Below, piece by piece: positions 1-9,455 of a stretch of 64,000 nucleotides of DNA (position 1 is the first letter of the stretch; the number at the start of each line of letters is the position of its first letter). The translations under genes were made by a program, and so were the position numbers. Source of the DNA: a candidate division WOR-3 bacterium. Lineage in GTDB: Bacteria; Hydrothermota; Hydrothermia; UBA1063; CAJXJZ01. The notes beneath the pieces are model-generated. The model was given only the letters and a program-made list of their open reading frames with translations, ran no database searches and had not been told where the DNA came from. Location: contig JALVYB010000079.1 in the NCBI GenBank assembly GCA_027038175.1, forward strand, positions 1,215-65,214, read 5' to 3'.

Positions 1-5
1 TGAAA

Positions 6-584
6 ATGAGTGGTTTAAATATCCCCATATTGAGAGGTAGACGAGTTGTCTTTGAGCCTTTCAAGGAACGCAGATTCCAGAGTTACAAGAGAGATGGAGA
101 GCGTAGTTACACAAATTTCTGTGCCATGCTATCAAGAGTTGCAATAATTTCAAAGGATTACTATGTTGAAGAAGGGTTCCATTACCAGTCAATAAATTAT
201 TTTGGCCCTGATGAAATTTACCATGAGCTTGGGTTCAAAGCTGGAAGGTTTTATCATTTTTTCTACCTTTTTAAAAATAAAAAAGAGGTTCTGGGTTTTC
301 AGAGGTACAATGGACGTGATTATGCCTTTTTTGTGGTCAAAGGAGATAAGTTCAAGGTTCTTTCATCTGTTTTTAGGGGAGAGAAAGATGTAGTTGAGAC
401 TTATGCAGAGGCATTGAGAGAATTTGAAAAGCTAACAGGACTCAAGATAGTAAATCCTGAATTCAAATATGAGAATTCAGAAGTAGAGAGCATAATGAAG
501 CGTTTGCTTATGCAGAAGGGTTTTGAGGATGTTGTTGAATTTTTGAAAAATATCAAAAAGGAGGTTGAGTTAGATGATGTGTAG
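6..584 (+). CDS. hypothetical protein (may extend upstream of the window)
   Basis: 192-aa ORF opening at the window edge, so the true start is uncertain. No recognisable motifs. Confidence 0.35.
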   Translation: MSGLNIPILRGRRVVFEPFKERRFQSYKRDGERSYTNFCAMLSRVAIISKDYYVEEGFHYQSINYFGPDEIYHELGFKAGRFYHFFYLFKNKKEVLGFQRYNGRDYAFFVVKGDKFKVLSSVFRGEKDVVETYAEALREFEKLTGLKIVNPEFKYENSEVESIMKRLLMQKGFEDVVEFLKNIKKEVELDDV

Positions 585-924
585 AGATTTGGGAGATAGA
601 TGGGTATGCGAATTTTCGGAAAGTGATATGCTGGACAAGGTTTTTAGGGAAGGGTTGAGAGGATTATATGATATGATTTTGAGGCACACCATAAACAAAG
701 GCTATGACGAATTAAAAGGATATATCGTTCCGTGGAGAATCAAAACCTCAGAGCAATTCGGGCATGAACTTGCAAAAATACTGCAAACCAAGTATGGAGT
801 GTCAGAAGGTTCTTTGGAATTTGCAAACCACGCACCTTCCTCAAGTAAAGAGGTAAGGGACAACACGATGGTAATTTACAAAGACGCAATAAAAGAAGAG
901 GAGCCAGAAATGGAACTAATGTAG
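574..924 (+). CDS. hypothetical protein
   Basis: 116-aa ORF overlapping the preceding stop, co-directional. No motifs. Confidence 0.3.
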   Translation: MMCRDLGDRWVCEFSESDMLDKVFREGLRGLYDMILRHTINKGYDELKGYIVPWRIKTSEQFGHELAKILQTKYGVSEGSLEFANHAPSSSKEVRDNTMVIYKDAIKEEEPEMELM

Positions 925-930
925 CACTTG

Positions 931-2439
931 CTACTTCTCCAAATCCATTTCATTTCCATAAATTTTTGAGAGGTATTTATCCACAATTTCTTCAATACTT
1001 TTTCTGAACCCGTTTTCGGTGCTTATTAAACGTTTCCAACCATCCTCATCCTTGCGAAATATCGTGATGAACATATGCTTGTGTGAGCCGTCTTTTGACA
1101 CAAGCAAAGTTCCGTTCTCTTCTGGTATTCCATCCACAACCAGTCTTGCATTCGCACCACTTCTTGTGAAATCCTCCCTTTGTGAGATGAAATCCAAGGT
1201 AAGTTCTTTGTTTTCATCAAGTTTAATCAATGCCACGAATTGCCTTTTTATGTGATTCCAGCTTTGTGGTAAAGATTCAAGCAGTTGCTCATCAGAAAGC
1301 GGTTCGCCATCCACATCCACTTTTTGCAGTATCTGGTATACCTTTTCACCATTAGATAACATTTTATGTATATCCTTGACATTTCTTGCATCATCTCTTG
1401 TCGTGAAAAATATGTACTCTTCTTCTTTTGAAACGTAATATTTACATTTCGTATATTTCTTCAGCATATTTATCTCAAGCCAGTCTGGATTTCCTCTAAA
1501 AACTTCAACGTATTCTTCTTTTGGGTTTATAAGCCCTTTGTTTACCATACGCATGAGTGTAGCATCATCTATTTCTAAAATCTTTTTAAAAAACTTGAGA
1601 GTTCGGGGGTTGAATGATTTATAAAATTCCTTCCATATTCTATCTTGCTCATCTAAAATTTCCAGTACTCTACTGCTATATTCCTTGTAGCCCTCAATAT
1701 CGCCTTTGAGCTTGAGTTTTTTAATTAACGCATCAATCTCCTTTAAATATTCTGTATTGTACATATAACCTCTTGCTTTTACAGATTCTTCAAATCTCTC
1801 AATTCTTCTATTCAAGGTTTTTTTGATTTCTCTTATTTCTGCCTCCTTCAGTTTCTCATTATACGTTTCCTCAAACTGCTCTAAATCTTCTTTCAAATCC
1901 TTGTAATTCTCGGCTAACTTTTTCATATTTTCAAACTTGATTTTTAAGTATTCGGTTGGTAAATTTCCCTCTAAAATGTCTTTTTTTAGGTTATGATACT
2001 TCTTCCCATCCTTTATTTTCTGGGCTTTTCTCATGCTTTCCTCTAAAAATTTTGAAGTTTCATTCTCAATATTTTTTATGCCCAGCTCTTCCAGTTCAGT
2101 AGCGATATGAACGCATTTAGTTGCTTTATTAGTGGGATACCACCCGCTCTCAACATTTCTTTTTATTTCCTCCTTCAATTGATTAAGCAGTTGCGTCTTT
2201 TTTTCAATACGTTCTTTTTTGAGTTCCTCCTCGGAACATGGATAAACCTTTACCTTCGTTCCGTACCTGCATCTCTCAACATCCACTCTCGCAGGGAATG
2301 TAATTGTTTCTCCCACGCTCCATCCTTCTGAAAATTCGTTAATGAGAATCTTTGCCTTCCAGTTTTTTTCGGGAACTATACCCTCATACCATTTCCGCCC
2401 TTTTTTTGTAATTTGATAGGTTACGTTTTTGATAGTCAT
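931..2439 (-). CDS. hypothetical 502-aa protein with a central coiled-coil region
   Basis: Long ORF. The K/E-rich heptad-like central segment (KLKEAEIREIKKTL...) suggests coiled coil. No catalytic motif. Confidence 0.5.
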   Translation of the reverse strand: MTIKNVTYQITKKGRKWYEGIVPEKNWKAKILINEFSEGWSVGETITFPARVDVERCRYGTKVKVYPCSEEELKKERIEKKTQLLNQLKEEIKRNVESGWYPTNKATKCVHIATELEELGIKNIENETSKFLEESMRKAQKIKDGKKYHNLKKDILEGNLPTEYLKIKFENMKKLAENYKDLKEDLEQFEETYNEKLKEAEIREIKKTLNRRIERFEESVKARGYMYNTEYLKEIDALIKKLKLKGDIEGYKEYSSRVLEILDEQDRIWKEFYKSFNPRTLKFFKKILEIDDATLMRMVNKGLINPKEEYVEVFRGNPDWLEINMLKKYTKCKYYVSKEEEYIFFTTRDDARNVKDIHKMLSNGEKVYQILQKVDVDGEPLSDEQLLESLPQSWNHIKRQFVALIKLDENKELTLDFISQREDFTRSGANARLVVDGIPEENGTLLVSKDGSHKHMFITIFRKDEDGWKRLISTENGFRKSIEEIVDKYLSKIYGNEMDLEK

Positions 2440-2442
2440 TGC

Positions 2443-2979
2443 TCACACCTCTACGCTTGAAAGGAGTTGATCTATCAATGCACTTGCAATTTTACTATTG
2501 CTCACGTTGTAAGTTGATGAAAGCCTGTTAATTTTATTAAAGCTTTCTAAACTTATATTGATAGTCATCGCTTTTCTTAATTCTCCTCTTTTTGGTATGT
2601 AATCAGTATCGAAATTGAGAAAGTGACTAACTTCCCTATGCTCAAAGATATTTTCAAGTTCTTTTTTTGAGAGCAGATATATCTTGAAGCCATTTTTTAT
2701 TTCTTTAATGTAAGAAATATCAAAGCCCTTGTTGGTGTAATCCCTGCAAATATGCGATGGAATGTACAATAGATGCCCAGCCTTAACATTCTTTTTAGAT
2801 GTTGCCTTAGAGGTGTTTACTTTTTTGCATTTTTGATTTTGTGTGTAAGAGACTATCACTCTATCGCTCTTGTAACAAGCGTACATATTCTCCCTCACAA
2901 GATAATAAGGGATGTACAACGCACACAGGTTGTTCTTTCTTTCTATTGAGTAAATAGGTATCTTCTTCATATTCAACAC
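2443..2979 (-). CDS. hypothetical protein, possible C-terminal ribbon-helix-helix-like segment
   Basis: 178-aa ORF directly downstream of 931-2439 on the same strand. The C-terminus MTINISLESFNKINRLS...ASALIDQLL resembles an RHH DNA-binding pattern (weak). Confidence 0.4.
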   Translation of the reverse strand: MLNMKKIPIYSIERKNNLCALYIPYYLVRENMYACYKSDRVIVSYTQNQKCKKVNTSKATSKKNVKAGHLLYIPSHICRDYTNKGFDISYIKEIKNGFKIYLLSKKELENIFEHREVSHFLNFDTDYIPKRGELRKAMTINISLESFNKINRLSSTYNVSNSKIASALIDQLLSSVEV

Positions 2980-3170
2980 CTCTTTTTGTCATTAGTGAAG
3001 ATATTGTAGTTATAATACTTAAATTTTTTGCTGAACTTTCACACTCTTATAAAGGGCAAATAACTTTTGCGTAAATGTTTAAATAGGAAAAATACATATT
3101 TAATTTCATCGTATTAAAGTCGTGATGGGAGGTGTGAATATGTATCGGTGTGGTTGTGTAAAAGTATATA

Positions 3171-3470
3171 GTGCAAGTAGGAAATATAGAGGATTCTATG
3201 GAGTTGGTTCAATCTACACGTTATGGGGTGATAACCTTGTATGATATAAATGAAATACGAAATAAAATCATACAAGGAGATGTTTTGGAGGTTTTGAAGA
3301 AAATCCCAGACGAGAGCGTAAACACGATTATTACTTCGCCACCTTACTGGTGTTTGACAGAAGGACATGAAGTCTTTTCCCAAGGCCATAGCCGAAGCCC
3401 TGAACCTCGAAGGAAAGAGCCTCGAAGTGAAACTTCAAGGCAGCAAAATCATCTTGGAGGTAGAGGATGA
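3171..3470 (+). pseudogene. N-terminal fragment of a beta-class N6/N4 DNA methyltransferase (motif IV SPPY)
   Basis: GDVLEVLKKIPDESVNTIITSPPYW is a textbook beta-class MTase motif IV context. The reading frame then degenerates (FSQGHSRSPEPRRKEP...) and ends after 99 aa. Confidence 0.4.
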
Positions 3471-3985
3471 AGCATGAATTAAAAGCAGAACCAGACACGC
3501 CACCAGAACTTGCAGAGTATCTACTGTGGATAATCTTGGAGAAATACTACGAAGAAGGAGACAGATTTTACGAACCATTCAAGGGTAAGGGTGCATTCTA
3601 TAACGCAATGCCAGAACCAAAGGACTGGGCAGAAATAGAAGAAGGAAGAGATTTCTTTGAATACTTGCCTTTTGATGGACATTGCGAACACATAGTAACC
3701 AATCCCCCATTCAGAACATACATAGATGGCAAATGGAAGAACGCATACATTCCCGTGCTGGAGAGAAGCATGAGCATAGCAACGAAAACGATAGGTTTGC
3801 TCATAAATCATAAAATCTTCAACTCCTTAACCCCTCACCGCCTTGAAAAATATAGGAAAAATGGCTGGACAATATCTCACATACACATAGTGAGCGTGAA
3901 GAAGTGGTTTGGCAGGTATTATTTCATAGTTTTCAGGAAAAACAATGGAAAATCATTGATAGAGTTTGATTTAAGAAATTGGTAA
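3467..3985 (+). CDS. DNA adenine-methyltransferase-like protein (gamma-class motif I EPFKGKGAF plus motif IV NPPF), short and possibly truncated
   Basis: LAEYLLWIILE...YEPFKGKGAFYNAM resembles the N6-MTase AdoMet motif I. HIVTNPPF resembles the catalytic motif IV. At only 172 aa there is no room for a target-recognition domain. Confidence 0.45.
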   Translation: MKHELKAEPDTPPELAEYLLWIILEKYYEEGDRFYEPFKGKGAFYNAMPEPKDWAEIEEGRDFFEYLPFDGHCEHIVTNPPFRTYIDGKWKNAYIPVLERSMSIATKTIGLLINHKIFNSLTPHRLEKYRKNGWTISHIHIVSVKKWFGRYYFIVFRKNNGKSLIEFDLRNW

Positions 3986-4023
3986 CTCTTTGCATTGGTG
4001 ATCTCCAACTTCTCACGGGGAAC

Positions 4024-4060
4024 TTCCCCTCATAAGTGAGGGGAAAATTTCAATTTATTA
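4024..4060 (+). terminator. stem-loop TTCCCCTCA-TAAG-TGAGGGGAA followed by a T-rich tract
   Basis: Perfect inverted repeat immediately downstream of the ORF ending at 3985, followed by aaaatttcaatttatt. Confidence 0.45.
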
Positions 4061-4078
4061 CGTTTTACCCTAAAACAT
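4061..4078. repeat. 18-bp exact direct repeat CGTTTTACCCTAAAACAT, copy 1 (contains the palindrome GTTTTACCCTAAAAC)
   Basis: Identical 18-mer at 49261-49278. This copy is intergenic, about 900 bp upstream of an integrase paralog. Confidence 0.6.
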
Positions 4079-4210
4079 AATAAATAATTGCACAAATAGG
4101 TGAGTTTTAGGGGTGGGATTTATATACTCCATTACAAAAATTGTTATGTATAAACTCAACAAAACAATTAAATATGATGATTACATAACAATTAATGTGG
4201 TGATGAAGAA

Positions 4211-4756
4211 ATGGTAAAAGATGAAAGAGAAATGATAAAAGAAGTCGAAGAGGTTATCAAAATAGCGTTTCCAACAGCCGAGTATAAGGAGGATGATGAA
4301 GGAATATCAGTTGAAGTGCCAACATCTGAACCATACTTTTCTGCAAACCAGTTGGGTTTTCTTTCGGAAATGTTTAGAATCATTCAAGAATTTTTAGATG
4401 AAAAACAAAGACATAGCGGATTTGTAAAGATAGAAAGTGTAGATGCAGAAAAGGGTATAAAGTTCAAGATAGTTCTCTTTGTCAAGAAATTATCTTCGGT
4501 GCCTGATGAAAGTACAGAGGCTGAAAACGAAGAAGAGGGAGAAACTGAGTGGAAGAAAATAGAGGAAAAAGTTAAGAATTTGAGTGATGTGCTAATATTA
4601 GTTGGCTACGATAGTTTTTCGCATGAGGTAGAGGTAAAAGTCAAGGAATGCGACGATGACACCTTTAAAAGCACAATAGCACTATTGAGGGAGAAAAGAG
4701 GAAGGTTTGACAAGAACACGAAGACATGGATATTAAAGAAGGAGGTTTTAGAATGA
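4211..4756 (+). CDS. hypothetical acidic protein
   Basis: 181-aa E/D-rich ORF. No motifs. Confidence 0.4.
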   Translation: MVKDEREMIKEVEEVIKIAFPTAEYKEDDEGISVEVPTSEPYFSANQLGFLSEMFRIIQEFLDEKQRHSGFVKIESVDAEKGIKFKIVLFVKKLSSVPDESTEAENEEEGETEWKKIEEKVKNLSDVLILVGYDSFSHEVEVKVKECDDDTFKSTIALLREKRGRFDKNTKTWILKKEVLE

Positions 4757-4968
4757 AGGTAGATTTAGACACGAAAATTTACATCCAACACTATTTCTGG
4801 AGAGAGATTTATTTTGCCTACAAGCCGTCCTATTACGACGATGTGAAAGAGTTAAGAGAAATCATAAACGAAAAAAAGAGGGCTGGTAGAGAGAAGATCT
4901 ACATAAATGGTTTAGGGACTATTTACATAAAAGATATGAACAAAGAGGGAAAAGAGATAGAAATGTGA
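4726..4968 (+). CDS. hypothetical protein
   Basis: 80-aa ORF overlapping the previous gene. Confidence 0.3.
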   Translation: MDIKEGGFRMKVDLDTKIYIQHYFWREIYFAYKPSYYDDVKELREIINEKKRAGREKIYINGLGTIYIKDMNKEGKEIEM

Positions 4969-5111
4969 GGTGATGAAATACGCAACCAATAATAAAGAAT
5001 GGGATAAGGATACTTCGCCCAAGAGAATATGACACACTTCTAGACACCATACACCGCAAAAACACGAAATACAGGTATAGGGAGATACTAAATGCCCTTC
5101 TTTACACGGGA

Positions 5112-5573
5112 ATGAGATATGTAGAGCTGCAAAGATTTCAAAAACACCCAGAGTGGTTTGACAAGAAAACGAGGAGCATTTATCTCCCTCCTGAAGCATC
5201 CAGAAAGAAGAAAAGAACGATGAGAGAGAGGTATGTATATCTCTCTACACAAGGATTGATTCATGTGGAGAACTTTATCCTCTATGTAGATGCTACACCA
5301 ACGAGAGAAGTTCTTGACAACACTTTATCTTTCTGGGGAAAGAAGGCAGGATTGGGAAAGATAAGCGTAAAAACATTCCGAAAAACTTGGGAATCGTGGC
5401 TCGTGGTTAGCTATCCAAATGCACTATCCTTGATAGCAATGTCTCAAGGGCATACTCTTTTCACCGCAATGAACCACTATCTAAACCTACCTTTCACGGA
5501 TGAGGATGTGAAGGAAATAAAGGTAAGGACTGCTGGATGGAGCGGATTTAGAGGTGATGAGAATGTATTATGA
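5112..5573 (+). CDS. small tyrosine recombinase/integrase paralog (XerC/D-like catalytic domain). The homologous frame is open from 4977 but has no in-frame start, so it may be frameshifted or a pseudogene.
   Basis: LNALLYTGMRYVELQ fits box I with Arg-I. KTFRKTWESWLV carries Arg-II. SQGHTLFTAMNHYLN fits the LGH...Y motif with the catalytic Tyr. About 85 percent identical to the 27195 copy. Upstream ATG at 4973 is in another frame (MKYATNNKEWDKDTSPKRI stop). Confidence 0.6.
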   Translation: MRYVELQRFQKHPEWFDKKTRSIYLPPEASRKKKRTMRERYVYLSTQGLIHVENFILYVDATPTREVLDNTLSFWGKKAGLGKISVKTFRKTWESWLVVSYPNALSLIAMSQGHTLFTAMNHYLNLPFTDEDVKEIKVRTAGWSGFRGDENVL

Positions 5574-6387
5574 TGAATGGGATTGGAGTGAGTATAAAGG
5601 AGATATAGTTTGGGTTGGAGGTAATTTGTTCAGAGGAGCGAAGATAACACTCAAACCGCAAAGGCACGGCGAAGACCCATTCCTCTACGGAACCATAGAG
5701 ATGGAATCTCTGGTATGCTTGGATTGTGTAGAACCTTGGAGAAAGAGAGTGTTTGTTGGAGAGTTCCTTCCACACATAGAAGGTGAGAAGGGAATAATCC
5801 TCGTAAAGAACAGGTTGCTTGGAGGAGAAATCAACTACGAGGTCATACACATAAACGATACCTTCGCAAAGAGCGATTGGCTTGAGTGGATTACGAAAGA
5901 TGAGAAATTTTATCACATATCCACAAGGAAAGCGAGATACTTGGTTGATAACGAGACCCTCTGGAAGCTCCATGCGGGGTTGATAGACAAGGTAGAGTTG
6001 AAGAACGGGACTTTGAGAGTTGTTGGCTGGGGTTATCCCGTGAAAGAATACAAGGGAGAGATAAGGATGAAGAAAGATAGCGAGGAATTGAAAGGAGACA
6101 TGATAAGGTTGCACCCTAAAATGCCACCCGTTCTCAAAAAGCACATCTATGGTTTCGTTGAGTTATACAGGAATGGAAAGGTAATTGACAAGGTTGAGGG
6201 AGAGCTGTTCTGGTATGTTGAGCGTGGAAAGGGAATGGTTGTTGTGGCAGATAGAGAACATCCAGAGAAATTGACTTTGAGCAAGGAGGATTTGAAAGCG
6301 GTAATCTACATAAATATGAAAGATAAGGAAGAATGGGAGATACCGAAGATGGAAGGTGGAGCGATAATCTACGGAGGTGTAGGATGA
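5554..6387 (+). CDS. hypothetical protein
   Basis: 277-aa ORF with an ATGA-type overlap with the integrase stop. Confidence 0.45.
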   Translation: MMRMYYDEWDWSEYKGDIVWVGGNLFRGAKITLKPQRHGEDPFLYGTIEMESLVCLDCVEPWRKRVFVGEFLPHIEGEKGIILVKNRLLGGEINYEVIHINDTFAKSDWLEWITKDEKFYHISTRKARYLVDNETLWKLHAGLIDKVELKNGTLRVVGWGYPVKEYKGEIRMKKDSEELKGDMIRLHPKMPPVLKKHIYGFVELYRNGKVIDKVEGELFWYVERGKGMVVVADREHPEKLTLSKEDLKAVIYINMKDKEEWEIPKMEGGAIIYGGVG

Positions 6388-6398
6388 GGTGGTAGATA

Positions 6399-6605
6399 GT
6401 GAGTGATAACTATTATGAGAAATATGTATTACGTGGTGATTTTAAGGAATGGCTTGGAGATACGAAAAATTTGAAAGAGTTAAGCGATGAAATTGGGGCA
6501 AACTGGGTTCTTGTGCAGAGGTTTTTAACTGAAACGTTAGCAGAGAACGGCTTTTTTGTGTTGAGTGAGCAGGAGATTGAAAAACTCAAGGAGGTAAGAG
6601 AATGA
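6399..6605 (+). CDS. hypothetical small protein
   Basis: 68-aa ORF in a co-directional tight array. Confidence 0.3.
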   Translation: MSDNYYEKYVLRGDFKEWLGDTKNLKELSDEIGANWVLVQRFLTETLAENGFFVLSEQEIEKLKEVRE

Positions 6606-6790
6606 CGATAGTGGAGGAAGTAATAGATTTCATAGAGCGAAAAGCAGCGAAGGAAGCGTTTGATTGGGCTAAGGAGAAAGAAATATTCGATAACAAATAT
6701 CCCAGTACAGAGGATATATTGAGGATGAAAGAAAAATACTACAACGCATATATGAGCCACTTGAAGAGGTGGTTAGATGAAAATTTATGA
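6602..6790 (+). CDS. hypothetical small protein
   Basis: 62-aa ORF with overlapping stop/start. Confidence 0.3.
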   Translation: MTIVEEVIDFIERKAAKEAFDWAKEKEIFDNKYPSTEDILRMKEKYYNAYMSHLKRWLDENL

Positions 6791-7064
6791 AGCGTTAGTA
6801 AGGGTATATGCAGATGGAAAGCAGAAGGTGGTTTTTAAGGACTTGCACGAAGCCACATCTTTTTACAGCGAGTTATTGCTTATAAAAAAGATTCGTGAAA
6901 AGGGTATGCACAATAGAGGTGCATTCATTTACTTATTAGTTCTTCCATTTGGAACCTACATAACGAGATATGAAAATGGGATAAAGGATGGCAAGACATG
7001 GTACATATCAGCAGAAATGGTAAATCTCTTACAAGAAATGCTGGAGGTGGTGCGGGATGCCTGA
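6777..7064 (+). CDS. small protein, member of a tandem paralog family (C-terminal ...EVVRDA)
   Basis: RVYADGKQKVVFKDL N-terminus and C-terminal EVVRDA shared with 7057-7359 and 8447-8749. Conserved junction GAGGTGGTGCGGGATGC at its 3' end. Confidence 0.45.
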   Translation: MKIYEALVRVYADGKQKVVFKDLHEATSFYSELLLIKKIREKGMHNRGAFIYLLVLPFGTYITRYENGIKDGKTWYISAEMVNLLQEMLEVVRDA

Positions 7065-7359
7065 TGTAATTGTAATTAAGATTTATTCGACTGGGAAGAA
7101 AAAAATAATGTGCGGAGAGAGGAGAGAAGGTGAAATTGTAGAATTTACGGCAGAGCGAATAATCAAGGAGCATGGGATGAGGAACAGAGGAGAGTTCATA
7201 GTGATTAGCCGCAGCGGGAATGAGGGGGCATTTATATCACAGTTTATGGATGGTATTTTTTTGAATGGTAATAATAGCACAATTTGGGTTGATGATACGC
7301 AGGTGCTGGTTGATGCGTTGAGAAAATTAAACGAGGAGGTGGTGCGGGATGCGGATTAA
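7057..7359 (+). CDS. small protein, tandem paralog (C-terminal EEVVRDAD)
   Basis: KIYSTGKKKIM...RNRGEF parallels the 6777 copy. Same junction sequence at 7336-7352. Confidence 0.45.
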   Translation: MPDVIVIKIYSTGKKKIMCGERREGEIVEFTAERIIKEHGMRNRGEFIVISRSGNEGAFISQFMDGIFLNGNNSTIWVDDTQVLVDALRKLNEEVVRDAD

Positions 7360-7537
7360 ATACTTTAAAGAATCTGATGATATACATGAAATTCTAAAAG
7401 AGCTGAACAGAATAAAGAGAAAAGCAAAAAAGCTTGATGATGAATGCAGCAAGATAATCAACGAACTCATAGATGTTATTGTGCGCATAGCATATGAAAT
7501 TGAGTATATAGAAGAGACGGCGGAGGTGCACGAATGA
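7349..7537 (+). CDS. hypothetical small protein
   Basis: 62-aa ORF. Confidence 0.3.
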   Translation: MRIKYFKESDDIHEILKELNRIKRKAKKLDDECSKIINELIDVIVRIAYEIEYIEETAEVHE

Positions 7538-7809
7538 GTAAGTGGATAAACATAGGGATAACTGATAAAGGAAAGATACTAGTATTCAAGGGGAAACGCT
7601 GCGAACCTAAACAACTAATTCGACTTGATAATTTTGAAAGTGATGGAATATACTTTCCAATTCTGAATATCGAAGGAACATCTTTCGACGACCTCATCAA
7701 GATCAAGGAGAATGTTAAGTTTATGCTTCAATTGTTCAAAAAAACCCTCGAAAATGAGGGTTATATAATTAAGAAGAAGGATGCAAGTAGAGGTGAGATT
7801 AATGAATGA
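7534..7809 (+). CDS. hypothetical protein
   Basis: 91-aa ORF. Confidence 0.35.
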   Translation: MSKWINIGITDKGKILVFKGKRCEPKQLIRLDNFESDGIYFPILNIEGTSFDDLIKIKENVKFMLQLFKKTLENEGYIIKKKDASRGEINE

Positions 7810-8068
7810 AGAATTTGAGAAGAAAACAGAGTTTATTAATGAGAGGCTGTTGGGAGATAGGTATGTAAAATTAAGGGAATATCTTTTAGTTCCAATATAT
7901 GCAGTGGAGTTTAGGAACGAATTGGTAGAGAAATATAATATGTTGTTAGATGACTTCGTTTTATATTATTATGGGAATAGTTTTGATAGTTCAAGATGGT
8001 ATGGAGTTGCAGTTAAAAAGAGATTATACAACAAACTAATAAGCAAAATTAGGGGTGAGGCAAGATGA
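7781..8068 (+). CDS. hypothetical protein
   Basis: 95-aa ORF. Confidence 0.35.
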   Translation: MQVEVRLMNEEFEKKTEFINERLLGDRYVKLREYLLVPIYAVEFRNELVEKYNMLLDDFVLYYYGNSFDSSRWYGVAVKKRLYNKLISKIRGEAR

Positions 8069-8454
8069 TAAGGAAGCAGATTGATGAAAAGGGTGTGCTT
8101 TGGGCTTCTGATGAGCAGTTGCGAATTGAAATACAAGTGCAATGTGAAATTCCTGACCCAATGATGTGCGAGGGAGACTATGAAACATATGAGAGTTTTA
8201 ACTCTGTCCTTGAGTTGTTTGAATGGGTTGTAAAGAACATAGATTTTCTTAAAGAAGTGGAGGACAGTGGTTATGAAATTCGCATCATATTTAAAAGCAG
8301 AGACGTTAAAGACAACTACTATGAGTGGGTTTTTGACACAGACAACAGGGGTTTTGTGCGGTTGTCAATTGAAGTAGGTGATTTAATAGATGATGAACAT
8401 AAACGCTGCCTTGAGAAGTTAAGGAAGATAGAAGAGGTGGTGCGGGATGCGTAA
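8065..8454 (+). CDS. hypothetical protein ending in EEVVRDA
   Basis: 129-aa ORF. Its C-terminal EEVVRDA and the 3' junction GAGGTGGTGCGGGATGCG match the paralog family. Confidence 0.4.
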   Translation: MIRKQIDEKGVLWASDEQLRIEIQVQCEIPDPMMCEGDYETYESFNSVLELFEWVVKNIDFLKEVEDSGYEIRIIFKSRDVKDNYYEWVFDTDNRGFVRLSIEVGDLIDDEHKRCLEKLRKIEEVVRDA

Positions 8455-8749
8455 GACGATAGAGATTTTAGTCAAAGTATACTCCGACGGAAGAAAAAAG
8501 AAAGTGTACGAGGAAGTCAAAGATGATTACAATTTTCCAAGCCTCGAAGAGATAAAGGAGAGGGCGGGGAAGAAGTACTATCTTGGTGAGTGGGATTATT
8601 ACATAATCACTTCTGACTTTGTGCACATTATCAGATTTTACAGAGGTATAAGGGAGGGGATGGGAGAAATATACCACATAGACAGAGATGAGTTTGAGAT
8701 GATTCTACAGAAAATGAAAGAACTTGATGAGGCGGTGCGGGATGAGTAA
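8447..8749 (+). CDS. small protein, tandem paralog (C-terminal DEAVRDE)
   Basis: KVYSDGRKKKVYEEV parallels the 6777 and 7057 copies. Confidence 0.45.
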   Translation: MRKTIEILVKVYSDGRKKKVYEEVKDDYNFPSLEEIKERAGKKYYLGEWDYYIITSDFVHIIRFYRGIREGMGEIYHIDRDEFEMILQKMKELDEAVRDE

Positions 8750-9218
8750 CACACACAAAATCAAGAATGCAATAAAGGATGGAATGCACATAGCGATAGT
8801 TTTTTCGTTCGACAAGTATATGAAAATAAGACGGGGAGATAAGATAGATTTATCAGTGGTAGATTTTCACGGAGAAATTGAGTTAAAAGAGATAGCGGAT
8901 TCCTACACGATAATCAGGGAGAAAGTGGTAAATGGCAAGCACATAAACATAGACAACTATGTAATCTTTAAAAGCAAATCCTATTCATCTTGTGTTGATT
9001 ACCCAGAACTTCAAAGAATATTAAGGACATTGAAAAATCTTACTGATTACGCATACGATATAGATAACTTTGATATATATTTATATAATAACAATTATCC
9101 AGTGGTTTTCATAGAAAACGCTGAGAAAAGTCATAGAGATTATTGCAGCGATTATTATGGATTTGTGATAGCACCTCTGAAAGTTGGGGATGAGGAGGTG
9201 GTGTGTGGTGGAGATTAA
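8724..9218 (+). CDS. hypothetical protein
   Basis: 164-aa ORF. Confidence 0.4.
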   Translation: MMRRCGMSNTHKIKNAIKDGMHIAIVFSFDKYMKIRRGDKIDLSVVDFHGEIELKEIADSYTIIREKVVNGKHINIDNYVIFKSKSYSSCVDYPELQRILRTLKNLTDYAYDIDNFDIYLYNNNYPVVFIENAEKSHRDYCSDYYGFVIAPLKVGDEEVVCGGD

Positions 9219-9441
9219 AGTAGGTAGAGATGCGAAATTTATATATGTGCAAATAGAAAACACTAATTTTGTAGCGTATGGAGATACAATTAAAGAGGCC
9301 TTTTGCAGACTCGGCGAACAGATTGAAGTTGCATATGATACTTATGCACAAGAGCTAGACGATAACCTCACAGAAACTGCGATTCGCTTAAAAAAATGGC
9401 TTTTGAGAAATTTTAAAGAGGTGATTGAGGATGGAAATTAG
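9184..9441 (+). CDS. hypothetical protein
   Basis: 85-aa ORF. Confidence 0.3.
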   Translation: MGMRRWCVVEIKVGRDAKFIYVQIENTNFVAYGDTIKEAFCRLGEQIEVAYDTYAQELDDNLTETAIRLKKWLLRNFKEVIEDGN

Positions 9442-9455
9442 GGACATAGAAGAGT

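Noticed and set aside
1019-2331. Short ORFs 1019-1255, 1026-1220 and 2107-2331 overlapping the 502-aa minus-strand gene
   Set aside because: They lie inside a convincing long ORF in other frames and have low-complexity peptide composition.
3521-3811. Minus-strand ORFs within the methyltransferase-like gene
   Set aside because: They are antisense shadow ORFs, whereas the plus-strand frame carries recognisable MTase motifs.
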